DNA of 56,790 nt, counting the filler, from Streblomastix strix (taxonomy: Eukaryota): the NCBI GenBank assembly GCA_008636045.1. It is 2 parts of 2 records of this genome, joined end to end, with 100 filler letters (N's around TTAATTAATTAA, not from the genome) between each part and the next. Parts side by side here need not be neighbours in the genome. Positions count along the whole stretch, not along the records: positions 28,465 to 56,790 come from SNRW01000126.1; 1 more part is not named here. The stretch is one strand, 5' to 3'. Shown one piece after another: positions 38,070 to 52,122 of the stretch. The notes below the pieces were generated by a model that saw nothing but the letters and a program-made list of their open reading frames with translations, made no database searches and was not told the origin of the DNA. A program made the translations under genes and the position numbers. Numbering within the stretch: position 1 is the stretch's first letter; each line of letters opens with the position of its first letter.

Positions 38070-40295
38070 ATGAGCAGCGATTCTGAGAAAACAAACCGGA
38101 TTATAAATCAAGGCGCTGATGTTTGCTATTAATTATATTTTTATTAATTTATATATTACCGCTGATGTTTTAAATTTTTGAATTTTAATTCAATATAATA
38201 TAGTCTGGTGTTACTTCTGCCCATATTCGGAAACTTTAAGCTGAAAATGAGACCTTGCGTTAAGAGAAAGAAGAAATTGAATCGAAATTCTCAGAATAGT
38301 TAAGGATTGTAGAAGATAACTTCCGCGATGAGAAGGAATAAAAAGAAGAGTTCGAGAATTAATTGAAAATATCTCAAGAATCGCTTCTCAAAGAAAGAAA
38401 ACTTAAAATGGAACTCATATATAACTTAGAGAAAGAGAAAGAAGCTAAAAAATCAGCTCAATAAAGAGAAAAAGAAATGGAAACAAAATTAACTGAAAAA
38501 GAAGATGAAAGGAGGAAGGTGGATTAATAACTCAGTTATGAGATTGAAGAGAAAAAAGAAGCAGTTGAATCATCAGAAAGAAATGAAAAAGTTAAAAAAG
38601 ATGAAGTTGAGAAAAGGAGGATTTCTGAAAGAGAGAATAACACATTGAAGAAAGAAAATGAGAGACTTAAAAGAGAAAATGAAAGGTTGAAGCATGATTT
38701 GGATGCTGAGTTGAATATTGTGAGTGATTTTGAAGCCAAATACTACACTGAAGTTGAAGATAAGGAAAGGATTATAAAAGAGTCTGAATAGAGAAATAAA
38801 CTTGAATTTGCAAAAAGATAAGAAGTTGAATAATAAAAAATTGAGGAAAGAATGAAGAAAGAAAAAGCGATTGAAAGAGCAGAGATTGCTGAGAAGCAGA
38901 TTATTGAATAGGAAAAGAATCTTCTTGATGCTTAAAATGAGGCTAAAATAAATAAAGAAGAATTTGAGAAAGAAAAAGAAAAAGCAGAAAAAGAGTCAAT
39001 TAAATATAAAGAAGAACAATTAAAAAGAAAAGAGTTGGATGATAATAAAGGAGTTATGGAAAGAGAAATTTGGCTTCTGAAATTAGAAAATGAAAAGATT
39101 AAATATTAACTTGCATAATTGAAATATAAGTTTGGGGATTAGAAAACTAATGATGAAATTAAATTGTTTGAAGAAAAAGAGAAAGAAAGAAATGAAGAAA
39201 ATTAAAAATTTAAAGAAGAGAATCAGAAATTGAGAGATGAAATTCAAAAAGAGAAAGATTAAAATCAGAAATTGAGAGATGAAGTTCAAAAAGAAAAATA
39301 AGAGAAAGAATGATAAATTCAAAAAGCAAATTAATTAGAAGAATTAGTTAAATAATAAGAAGAAGAGAAAAAGAAATAAGAAGAATAAAAATTAAAAGCA
39401 CAATAAGAATTAATTAAAATATAAAAAGAAAAGAAAAAGAAAATTGAAGAGGAATAAAAGAAATAATAATAAAATCCAATCATTGCAATTCTCAATCCAG
39501 ATCCTACAGACATTGAATTCACTGATGAAGATGGAGTAATGAAGAAAATAACAAAAAAGTTTGATAAACATAACATAGTATCATTGACGCAGGTACTCGA
39601 GAATGGTGTTTGGTCAATGGAAGCTGAGTTTACTTAAGAACTATTATATAGTTCAGGTAAACAAATTTTTTAGTATATTTTTTAAAATATATATTTTTTT
39701 TACTGTTTTATTTTTATTTTTTTTTTATTTTTGAAGCTGTTGGTATTGTTAGAGATTCGTTTAATATTATTCTTGGATCTTATTGCCTTGAATCTCCTTG
39801 TTTGCTATAAATATTTCTTTTTTAATAAAATAAATCAAATTATTTAATTTTATTCCTAGATAACAAGCAAATGGCTATTTTTGGATCAAAGTATAATATT
39901 CTTAATTAATGAATTTAATTTAGTTTTATTTTTATATTATCAAAAAATTAACAGGGATTTTATTAGTGGTGAAGTTGGATATAATGGAATTAGGACTAAT
40001 GGGAATCAAGGGTTTATTAAAAATCAAATAATTAGACTAGAATTTGATTCATTTAAAGGCACTTTGATATTCTTTTTGGATGGTGTTCAACAACCTGTTT
40101 ATATTTCAGGGATAAAGGAAAAAGTACGATTCATTGTATGAATGCTTTTGTTGATTAAACAAATAATTTTTTCATTTAAATGAAATTCAGATCTATATGA
40201 AATATCCAGGATCATCATGTACCATCCGATCTCTGAAGAAACTTTCTGCACCAACGGTTGGCCATGTTGCTAACGAGAAAAGTGTCCAATGGTGA
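38070..40295 (+). CDS. Coiled-coil protein with C-terminal SPRY/B30.2-like domain (multi-exon)
   Basis: E/K/Q-rich heptads at 38204-39470, then SLTQVLENGVWSMEAEF, VGIVRDSF, GNQGFIKNQIIRLEFDSFKGTLIFFLDGVQQPVYISGIKEKVRF and RSLKKLSAPT...VQW-TGA. About 5 GT-AG introns. Confidence 0.75.
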
Positions 40296-40677
40296 AGGAT
40301 ATGAACATCAAAACAGCTAAGACCAGAAGATAGAAATTTTTTGAACTATAATTCTTGTAAAAAGTGTAACTTATTGTTTCATTCGCTTATCGTTTTCAAA
40401 AATATGAGCACTCACATCAGTAAACTTATTGTCAAACATAACCAAATAAACAGTAGACGAGTGAATTTTTTTAAATATATTCCATTTAATACTAATTAAT
40501 TTGAAGGAGTAAAAAGTGAATAAGAACAGTGTAAAAATAAATACTGATTTATTTTGGTATATAATAATATAATTACAAAAATAAAAAGTTAATATTGATA
40601 AAATTGAAGTGCAAAATTAAATTATGTATAACAATATATAATAATTAAGATAAATAAAATTAAATTAAATAAATTAT

Positions 40678-43600
40678 TCATTTTCTAAAATCTCTTTAAT
40701 ATAATACAGAAAGATATGCTATTCCTGCATTAATTGATACTTTACTTTTATTAGCTCCAATAAGATCTAGTTCAATATCTTTTTAATTATTGAGGTATTC
40801 AGCAAACTGATTATAAATAAAAATATTCAATTAGTATCAAATGTATATTATTTAATATAATTTTTTAAAATATTTTAATATTTATTAATTTTTATTTTCA
40901 AAAAAAAAATTAAATAAAATTAAAATAAATTAATTTTCATTTTATTATTTATAAATTTCATACTTTAATTGTTGTGCTTCCAAGTAAATCATTTGCACTG
41001 AATCGATCATAATCATAAACTTAAATTGAGATTTCTTTTTCAGAAGTTGAATCAGGATCATATGGTAATTCAAAACTTTCATTATATTCTGGATTAAGTG
41101 AATTATTAATTGTTTTGCTTTTATATTATTAATCTTCTAATTTAAAGATTACATATGGATCGGATTTTCCATTAATATCATCAGCTGGAATATTACTTAA
41201 TCTATGCAATGTTATTAAAACTTTCCCTTTAAAATATTTATATTCTTTTTCTTACTCTTATTCTTCTTATGTTTTTGGTTATTATTATTCAATTGCTTAT
41301 TAATCTTTTTCATTCGATTTTTTTCTTCTTTTCTTTTATATTATTTCTTATTCAACTTGTGGTTCTGCTTCTTTTTTATTTATTTATACTTTTTCTTATT
41401 TATCAATATTACTTTCAATATCTCTTTAATATAATATACATAGATATGCTTTTCCTGCATCACTGGAACTTTTTATTTTATCGCTTCCAATAAGATCCAC
41501 TTCAATATCTTATTAATTATTTAGATATTCAGCAAACTGATTATAAATATAAATATAAATTATGAAAATTAATTAAAATTTATTATTTATATTAAATTTT
41601 AATAATCATTGTTAATAATATCATAAATTATAAATAATAATTAATACATATTTTATTTTATTTAAATTTCATACTTTAATTGATGCACTTCCAAGTAAAT
41701 CATTTGCACTGAATCGATCATAATCATAAACTTAAATTGAGATTTCTTTTTCAGAAGTTATATTAGGATCATACGATAATTCAAAACTCTCGTTATATTC
41801 TGGATTAAGTGAATTATTAATTGTTTTGCTTTTATATTATTAATCTCCTAATTTAAATAGTATATATGGATCAGATTTTCCATTAATATCATCAGCGGGA
41901 ATATTACTTAATCTATGCAATGTTATTAAGATTTTCCCTTTAACATATTCATATTATTTTTATTGTTCTTATTCTTCTTATGTTTTTGGTTATTATTATT
42001 CAATTGCTTATTAATCTTTTTCATTCGATTTTTTTCTTCTTTTCTTTTATATTATTTCTTATTCAACTTATGGGTCTGCTTCTTTTTTATTTATTTATAC
42101 TTTTTCTTATTTATAAATATTGATTTCATTATCTCTTTAATATAATATAGATAGATATGCTTTTCCTGCATCATTGGAACTTTTTATTTTATCGCTTCCA
42201 ATAAGATCCACTTCAATATCTTATTAATTATTGAGATATTCAGCAAACTGATTATAAATATAAATATAAATATAAATAATGAAAATTAACTAAAATTTAT
42301 TATTTAAATTAAATTTTAATAATTATTGTTAATAATATCATAAATTATAAATAATAATTAATATATATTTTATTTAAATTATTTAATTCATACTTTAATT
42401 GATGCACTTCCAAGTAAATCATTTGCACTGAATCGATCATAATCATAAACTTAAATTGAGATTTCTTTTTCAGAAGTTATATTAGGATCATACGATAATT
42501 AAAAACTTTCATTGTATTCTGGATTAAGTGAATTATTAATAGTTTTACTTTTATATTATTAATCTCCTAATTTAAAGATTACATATGGATCGGATTTTCC
42601 ATTAATATCATCAGCTGGAATATTACTTAATCTATGCAATGTTATTAAGATTTTCCCTTTAACATATTTATATTCTTTTTCTTACTCTTATTCTTCTTAT
42701 GCTTTTGGCTATTATTATTCAATTGCTTATTAATCTGTTTCATTCGATTTTTTTCTTCTTTTCTTTTATATTATTTCTTATTCAACTTGTGGTTCTGCTT
42801 CTTTTTTATTTATTTATACTTTTTCTTATTTATCAATATTACTTTCAATATCTCTTTAATATAATATACATAGATATGCTTTTCCTGCATCACTGGAACT
42901 TTTTATTTTATCGCTTCCAATAAGATCCACTTCAATATCTTATTAATTATTTAGATATTCAGCAAACTGATTATAAATATAAATATAAATATAAATAATG
43001 AAAATTATCTAAAATTTATTATTTAAATTAAATTTTAATAATCATTGTTAATAATATCTTAAATTATAATTAATAATTAATACATATTTTATTATATTTA
43101 TTTTATTCATACTTTAATTGATGCACTTCCAAGCAAATCATTTGCACTGAATCGATCATAATCATAAACTTCAATTTGGATTTCTTTTTAAGAAGTTATA
43201 TTAGGATCATATGATAATTAGAAACTCTCATTATATTCTGGATTAAGTGAATTATTAATTGTTTTACTTTTATATTATTAATCTCCTAATTTAAATATTA
43301 CATATGGATCAGATTTTCCATTAATATCATCAGCTGGAATATTACTTAATCTATGCAGTGTTATTTAGATTTTTCCTTTAACATATTCATATTCATATTC
43401 TTTTTCTTACTCTTATTCTTCTTATGCTTTTGGCTATTATTATTCAATTGCTTATTAATCTGTTTCATTCGATTTTTTTCTTCTTTTCTTTTAAATTATT
43501 TCTTATTAAAGTTATGGTTCAGCTTCTTTTTTATTTATTTATACTTTTTCTTATTTATCAATATTAGTTTCATTATCTCTTTAATATAATATACATAGAT

Positions 43601-46600
43601 ATACTTTTCCTGCATCATTGGAACTATTAATTTTATCGTTTCCAATAAGATCCACTTCAATATCTTATTAATTATTGAGATATTCAGCAAACTTATTATA
43701 ATTATAATTATAATTATAATTATAAATATAAATATAAATATAAATATAAATATAAATATAAATATAAATATAAATATAAATATAAATATTAATAATGAAA
43801 ATTATCTAAAATTTATTAATTAAATTAAATTTTAATAATCATTATTAATAATATTATAAATTATAAATAATAATTAATATTTATTTTATTTATTTTATTT
43901 TATTTTATTTTATTCATACTTTAATTGATGCACTTCCAAGTAAATCATTTGCACTGAATCGATCATAATCATAAACTTAAATTGAGATTTCTTTTTCAGA
44001 AGTTATATTATGATCATATGATAATTCAAAACTCTCGTTATATTCTGGATTAAGTGAATTGCTTATAGTTTTGCTTTTATATTATTAATCTCCTAATTTA
44101 ATTATTACATATGGATCGGATTTTCCATTAATATCATCAGCTGGAATATTACTTAATCTATGCAATGTTATTATGATTTTCCCTTTTACATATTCATATT
44201 CTGATTTATATTCTTATGTTTCATAATATTCTTAAATCGGTTTTGCTCTTCTTCTTCTTTATATTTATTCTGGTTCTGGTTCTGGTTATTTTTCTTGGAT
44301 TTATTCTATTTTTTCTTCTTTTTCATTTTATTCTGATTCATATTATTTTGATTCTTATTCTGAATTTTTGGTTTTTGCTCTTCTTTTCTTTTATAATTAT
44401 TCTGGGTTTTATTCTTCTTATTATTAATATTAGATTTATTCTTATTAATTTTATAACTCTTATTATTATTCTAATTCTAGTTATTATCTAATTAATTATC
44501 TTCTTCTTCTTTACTTTAACGCAGCTTATTCTTCCTATTATTTCAATTCATCTTATTCTTCCTTTTATTATTATTATAGATCTAATTATTAATCATTGTC
44601 AATCTACTAATATTATTATTAATCATTGTCAATCTACTAATATTATTATTAATCATTGTCAATCTACTAATATTATTATTAATCATTGCCAATCTACTTA
44701 TATTATTATTAATCATTGTCAATCTACTAATATTATTATTAATCATTGCCAATCTACTTATATTATTATTAATCATTGTCAATCTACTAATATTATTATT
44801 AATCATTGCCAATCTGCCAATCATCTGTATATTCTATCATATTAAGTTCATTAATTCTTCTTTTTATTTCTTTCTTCTTCAATATTCTTATTCTAACTTG
44901 TTTCTTCATTGTTTATTCTTAATCTTAATATTGATCTAAATCTAATTATTATTATGGTTAAACTTTGACTAATTCTTCCAATAATACCATTTAATATTCT
45001 TCATCATCGTCTTATTATTAATATTTGTTTATTTATTCATCCTTTCTAAGAATATATTCTTTTAATGTTTATATTTCTTATTATAATTGTTATTAATTTT
45101 ATATTTATTTATAATTATCCATATTATTATCAATTATTTATTATTTCTCGTTTTCAATTAATTAATTAATTTAATCATCTTTCTTTTGAATTTACTCCTT
45201 TAATATCTTAATTACATATATTAAATTTTATTCTTTATCATTTTAATTCTCAATATTATTATTAAATTCATTTAATTATTTTATTTAATTTTCATTCAAT
45301 TAATTAATTTATTCATTTTTTCTAAGAATTTATTCTTTTAATGTTTTTATTTCTTATTCTATTTATTTATAATTATCTATTTATTTATTATTTAATTATT
45401 ATATTTATTTTTCATTCAATTAATTAATTTATTCATCTTTCATTTGATTTTCTTCTTTTAATGTATTAATTTCTTATATTAACTATTATTCTTTATCATC
45501 ATCTTAATATTAATATTTGTTTATTTATTCATCTTTTTTAAGAATTTATTCTTTTAAATTTAAAATTTCTTATTATAATTGTTATTAGTTTTAAATTTAT
45601 TTATAATTATCTATATTATTATCATTTTATTATTATTTCACTTTCTCGTTCTATTGGTTGATTTAATCATCTTTCTTTTGAATTTCTTCCTTTAATATCT
45701 TAATTTCTTATATTAACTATTATTCTTTATCATTTTAATTCTCTTTATCATTTTCAAATTTATTTTATTATTATATTTCTTTCTTATTTAAATCTGCATC
45801 TAACTATTATTAATTCATCATTTATTCTTATTCTTTCAATTTCTATTTCAATTACTGAATTTCATTATCTTTTTCATTCAATTTTTCAATATATGCTTTA
45901 ATTACATCAAATTATTATTATTATTCTTTCTAACTTCTTTGTGAATTGAATCCTGATGTTTGCTATAACTGATTGTATTACTATTGTTATTCAGTTATTA
46001 CCTATTATTACTTCTAAATAATCGAATATTGGTCTTTTAAGGCTTGTTTTTGATCATATTCCTATTGGGAATCGAGTTTATCATACGTTTGTTGATTTGA
46101 TTATATTTTTATTGGAGAAATTGACATTGAAGAAGAATTCAATTTTTAATCATATTTATCTTTGTTGTTGTGTTTTTAGATCTTTTTCTTTGTAAGAGAT
46201 TTAAGATATTATGAAAATTATTCAGCATCATCCATTTAATGTTATTTAGGAATATCATTAATTTATTTATAATCATCTTCTGTAATAGATAAAGAATATT
46301 CAATTCCCAAATCTTAATTTTTTTAACTTTGCTTTTTATTCAATCTCCTTTTTCCTTACAAATCCAATATCTGTGGAATCAGCAGGTTATTAATAATAGC
46401 ATCCAATGTTCGCATTCTCTGAACATGAACGTCAATTATTGAATCTATCCGTGAATTGAATTAACTGATGTCTTTTAATAGAGGAAGCAGCTATGTATTT
46501 GATAGCAGATTCAACTTCTTTCTCTGCATACTTTAATTGATTTATAGATTATTCATGCGGCGTTGAAGTTTCTCGCAATGAAGAATTAATTTGGATTTTT

Positions 46601-46811
46601 ATTCCTGTTCTGATAAAGAGGAAATATCCAATTGTTTTCCAGATTCAGATCTCAATAAAAAAACATTCATTTGATTGCTGTGCAGATCATCCAATTCGTA
46701 TTACATATATTATTCTTTAATGGTAAACAACTCAAGACGAAGATCGAAATTCTCTTTGCGAAGATCTTCAAGTTCATTAATTGGAGCAACCTAGCTGGAT
46801 CTAACAATCAT
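40678..46811 (-). CDS. CM1-like motif + long coiled coil + five tandem C2 domains
   Basis: MIVRSSQVAPINELEDLRKENFDLRLELF at the start; five copies of TLHRLSNIPADDINGKSDPYV...VYDYDRFSANDLLGS, each followed by a GTATGA..AG intron; ends RDFRK-TGA. Confidence 0.85.
40690..44190. repeat. Five tandem ~710-810 bp exon+intron units encoding C2 domains
   Basis: Near-identical blocks with C2 starts near 44188, 43380, 42660, 41940 and 41230 (minus strand). Confidence 0.9.
44582..44822 (-). repeat. 30-bp coding tandem repeat, 8 copies (QI[D/G]NDQQQY[Q/K])
   Basis: Unit AATCATTGTCAATCTACTAATATTATTATT, in frame with the surrounding gene in code 6. Confidence 0.9.
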
Positions 46812-47939
46812 ATCTTAAAATAAATGAAGGTGAAATATTAAAAATATTAAAAATATTAAAAAATATGAAATAATCATTAAAATATTAAGTTAAAATATAT
46901 AATTAAATTGAAAATTGTTATATGATAGTACTTTATAATTGTATTATTAAGAAAAATAACTTTTTAATTAGTAAAAATTTATAAATTCAATTTTGAAAGT
47001 AAAACCAAAATTAAAGTATTGAAAATTAAAATTAATTAACATAAATAACATTTAACGAAGATAAAATTAAAATTTAAGTAATAATGTAGTATGGCTGATG
47101 TTAAGAATAAGGATAAGATTTTCATTCGAGCATTACTCTACACATTGTTCACTATTAATTATATGTTTTATTGAAAAATGAAAGAAATTAAATTTTCTTC
47201 ATAAAATGATATAATATAAATTTATTAGAAGAGGTATTATGTGAGATATTCACCGTTTTCTCGTATACATATATAATGAACATTATTTCCTTTCATCGTA
47301 GTGTATATGATTGTTTATACAGTTTTTAAGGGAAACTTAAGATAATATACTTGAAGCGGCTTGGTATTAAATAAAATCCAATTTTAATGCTAAATAACTC
47401 TTTACTATAGATACAAAATTTAAATAAAATTAATTTACATTTATTAAAGTTTGTTTACCCACTTATACGAAATATTTATTAATTTAGATCTCTATAAATG
47501 TACAATTTTTCTTTTTTTGTTAATTTCTCAATTTTCTTAACACTTGATCTTATACTAACTTCCATACTTATTTTTTTCTTATTTTATTTTATATTTACTA
47601 TATTTTTATTTATATCTAGACTTCATATGTAAAAGAGGTTTGTAGCTTTAGTTTCAACTACAAAAACTTTCTATTTATTTTTTCTCTTCATCATAAATTT
47701 TCAACTTATTCATTCTATATTTAGAAGTGTGCTATTATTATTTACTATATATTTTCATTTCCTTTATTTTCTCACAATTTAATAATAATTTATTTTAGGT
47801 TTAGGTTAATCAAAAAGTAATAGATCGTCTTTAGCTAATCTGAGTATGTTCATTTAATATAATTTTCTCCTTTATACAAAATCATATTAAATATTTATTA
47901 TTAAATATTAAATATTCATTATTAAATATTAAATATCAG

Positions 47940-49788
47940 GACCTGCAATCGACATTGATCTGAAAGAAGTCATGGATTAGCAGCGATGTATGAGTTACCT
48001 TCCAATAAATTATACATTAATTCATATTCATTATATATTATAATATATATCATACTCATTATCTATTACATCATATCTCAAATACATAATATTATACTAT
48101 ACTATATCATATATATACCAGTCTACCAGCTCAACTAATCCTACTCGACTGTAGTCCAACCCACGACCATATACGGATATCCCCGTATCCCCATCCAATA
48201 AGAGTACATAGATTACGACTACTACCACCCAATACCTGACAAAGACGAAGATCTGTACCTGAAATGCCTAACAGAAAGGTGTTCAGACGCTTTAGATAGG
48301 AAGTTCCTAACTAAATACAAGCACAATGGTTATGAAGAGTGGAAATTGAGAGAAATGGACACGCAGAACCTGACTATGCTCAAGTAGGTGTCGATTGAGA
48401 CTGGGAAGATGAATCAGCAGTATGATGACTACTTCAGAAATATCACTGAGAATGAAAATCACTCGAATTCTAACTGGAACTGGAAATTGAAGCGGAATCA
48501 CAAGAATTCGAAAGATTTGGCTGATTTCTACAATTTGTATCTGAATATCAGGAAGACGGAGCTTGTTATTGAGATTGAAGGAGTATAGAAGCTTAGAAAT
48601 CAACAAGATCAGCAAAAATAGTAAGAATTAAAAAAAGAATAAGAAATAAAAAAAGAATAAGAGATAAAAAAAGAATAAGAAATAAAATCTGACTAAAATA
48701 AATAAGATTCCAACAAAGGAAGTAATGATTCTCAACCTCCGTCATAAGCTCCAACTCCCAAACAAGAAGAAGTTATGCAGATTCGGGTTCGAAAAGGTGA
48801 TAATATCGAAGCTCTTTGCTAAGCATTCTGTGTGGGAAACGATCTTCCACTACATGCATCTAAGGTTTTGTATTCAATTGTACAGCAAGGCCTGAAGAAT
48901 CTAAGAAACGAAGAATCTGATGATGAAGATGATGATGAGAATGAAGACTAATAGTTCCACAGTGGCATTGAAATGAATGATCTTCAGAATGGAACTAAAC
49001 AGAGCTATAACAGCAACAGCATCAACAACAAGAAAGATAACACAAACACCAAATCCAAACTGCAGAAAGTTGAGAACCGCGCATCGCAAGTTCTGATTGA
49101 TCTGGCCAAATATCAGGAAAAACTGCAGGGAATACGCGAATAGGAGATAGAAAAAGAGAACGAGCGTATTTTCGAGGAAGAAATGAAGAAGAAGAGACTA
49201 ACTGAGAAATAAGAGAGGTCGATCGATTCAGATCCATTGGCTGATATATTTCAAGACGAGGTAGAAAAAGACAGGAACAAGCAGCTTCAGTAATTGTAAC
49301 ACCAGCAGTCAAAACCAAAGCTGAAGCCGAAGCAAATCTCAGTTACAAGTTCGAGTTAATATAAAGTTGGGGTGTATTCACCTAAGAAAGTCACTGAAAA
49401 AGAAATACAAGCTGCTTAGCAAAGGTTGTACCAGACTTCTAAGAAAAAGGAGGAAGCTAATTAGGCTATTAAGTAGAAGATATAAAGCTAAGATACAAAT
49501 GCAATTGCTAATTAGAAGAGTAAGAATATGAATTAAACCAGAAAATATTCACTAGCTGATGATCAGCACTTATATAAGAAGAGCAAGTCATATGAAACTG
49601 ATTCGTTTATTTAATTATAGAAGGAACAGGAATAATAACAATAATAATAATAAAGTAAATAGAAAGAAAGCGATGCCTAAAAGAAAGCAAAAGAAGTATA
49701 ATTGATGAGGATAAAGAAATTAATTTAATAATAAAAAGAGAAAAATGGACCGAAAAGCCCAATTGTTCCTGCTTCAAAGAAGAAATGA
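47940..49788 (+). CDS. Hypothetical protein (5' exons uncertain)
   Basis: Long exon 48122-49788 open in code 6, including VMQIRVRKGDNIEALCQAFCVGNDLP and coiled-coil segments. Small upstream exons at ~47800-47843 and ~47940-47987. Confidence 0.7.
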
Positions 49789-50457
49789 GTCATTTTTATC
49801 TTAATTAGTTTATTTTATGGTTTTTTGAGATTTACTATGAGTTTAACCATTCTTATTCAGCACCTCATTACATTACCATTAAATCACTATCAAACTTCTA
49901 TATTTAAACTCCTATATATAAAACTTCTATACCCAATAGGCATATCAAGCCAAATATTCTTAACAATTCTTTGATTTCTTCAGTTTTGTACATTTGTCGT
50001 TTTTAATATTTTGAATATATTGAATAATTTTATTGTCATAATTTTATTAGTTATTTTTATCGTATCATTATTATACTTTTTAATGTTTGTAGATAAATAA
50101 TAAAAACATCGTTTAAACAACAGTAAATAATTAAAATAATTTATTTAAACAAAATCATTTAATAGGTAAAGTATTATTATCAAACATGTAAGAAAGAATT
50201 TAATGTAGAATCAAAGTTTTATTGTATTTCAAGCATATTCTTGTATAAAATATTACATTCAACTAATAATTATTTACTTATGGCATATTTATACATATAT
50301 TCTATATTCATTTTGTAATTTTAAATTTGCGTACCGAATTAAAACCCAATATTTAAAATTCACTTGTTTCTTATCAATTTTGGATTTTATGAAAATAATT
50401 GTTGATTTTTTATTTAAAATTTGGTATTTCTATAGATTAGCCAACAATTTTCATGAC

Positions 50458-51030
50458 ATGAAGGCGAGTATTTGTCGTGCTAATGATGATTCAAATTCTG
50501 AAACTGAAAACTCCGAGATTTCTGGTTCTAGTAGTAACTCAATTAGCTCAAATTAGAGTGAAATAATTGATTATAACTGGATGTAGCCTCTTTCTTAGCA
50601 GTTCTCTAAAATCTTTGGAGATGCGGTGCCAGGGATTAGTTAGGCTATTTTATTTTCTAGTATCTCGCATATCATCGGGTTCATGCAGAAGAAAGAAGAT
50701 TTAATGATGGAAGAAGGAGTGATTGCTGCAGAGTTATTAAAGAGGTTCGTTTAGAAATAGTCAACTAAGAAGGTAAACCTGATTAGTACGAAAAACACTG
50801 GAATGATTTTAACCATCGCATTTATTCTTGCTTTAAAGCTTTGCAGAGACCAAATGCATATGAATAGTCACTTCGCAAAAGTGTTAAACATTCCAGTAGT
50901 TGATTTGAACTTGTCTGAAATTAGTTTCCTTAAAATAATAGATTTCCAACTTTGGGTTAATGATGATTATTTTTCACTATAGTAGTTTGAGGAAGTTTCT
51001 GAGTTTGAGGATGTTAGTATTTCAATTTGA
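50458..51030 (+). CDS. PHO80/P-type cyclin-like protein, 190 aa, intronless
   Basis: EEGVIAAELLKRF, ILTIAFILALKLCRDQMHMNSHFAKVLNIPVVDLNLSEISFLKIIDFQLWV match the cyclin-box pattern of the PHO80 family. Confidence 0.8.
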
Positions 51031-52122
51031 TATTTAACAAATCTTACTCATATACAGTATTTTATCATTTTATTGATAGTATTTTAATTCGGAATTTTTA
51101 ATTTTTAATTATATTGAAATTGTCTTAATATTTGTAATTAATAGTATTTTCTATTTTTCTTAATTTAACTGAATAGTATATATTTAAATTTAATAGGTTT
51201 TATATTATATTGAAAATACATCTTATTATTCTCTGATTATAATTTATACAATTAACCATGTAACATTTAAACACTTCAATATTTGGTTAATTTATTCTAT
51301 TTTTAACCACTTTTCATTAAATTCATGGCATTTTTTATTAATAATTATCTTTGTTATTCATAATTACCATTTATGTTTAATTCTTTATGTTAATAACATC
51401 ATCTTTTTAATTTATCATTAATATATTTCAACATATCATATTTTTTACCAAAGAAAGTTAATATTTTTATTTTTACTATACAAAAATCTTTGAAAATAGT
51501 TATTGTCTATCCATGCTTCCAAACATAATACTTGTTGCAATTTCTAATCATTGCTTTTATGAGCTTATAAAACAATTAATGAGATAATCTAGGCAAAAAT
51601 TCGGAAATTACCTCGCCATCCAGTAGTTTGTAGATACCATTAATTTCCTGATTTTATGATTTATTATGTTTCATACTATCTAAATTGTATCATATACGTA
51701 CTTGATAACAACCTTTGATTGCTTAAAATGAGATTCAATTTAATTTCAATTTTTCAACAATATTTTTATCGTTTGGATCAAAACATAATTTAATTTGCAC
51801 TCTAATAGCAGAATAAATTAACTGGATAATTTAAATCAATATCATCATAACTGTTGCGACCTCTAATTACAAAAATAATTTTTTTTTGCATTAATTTGAG
51901 TATAATACACGATCCAAGAATTTTTCTAATCAATTTCAATTCTCAACATGCTTCAATACGAAACACAAACTAAAATTAGTTAATGAACAGCTTATAATAC
52001 TTATGTATACGCTTAAACAGCCAAATTAAAATAAAATCAATATATCAACTTCTATTTCCTTGAATTTTTATTTGTTAAGTAATAATTTTACCTTTTAAAT
52101 TACAGCTCGCAATATTTAGGAT

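Noticed and set aside
41269..44491. Phe/Leu/Ile-rich 'membrane' ORFs on + (also 13656, 24065-26383, 33317-35219 on +, and 38536-39576 on -)
   Set aside because: They are antisense shadows of K/E/Q-rich coding exons on the other strand.
44582..44824. CRISPR-like array, or the ORF (MINNNISRLT)n
   Set aside because: The repeats are contiguous with no spacers and no cas genes, and the true frame encodes QIDNDQQQYQ inside the CM1/C2 gene.
51300..52000. Possible degenerate coding remnant on the minus strand
   Set aside because: No recognisable motif or sustained frame.
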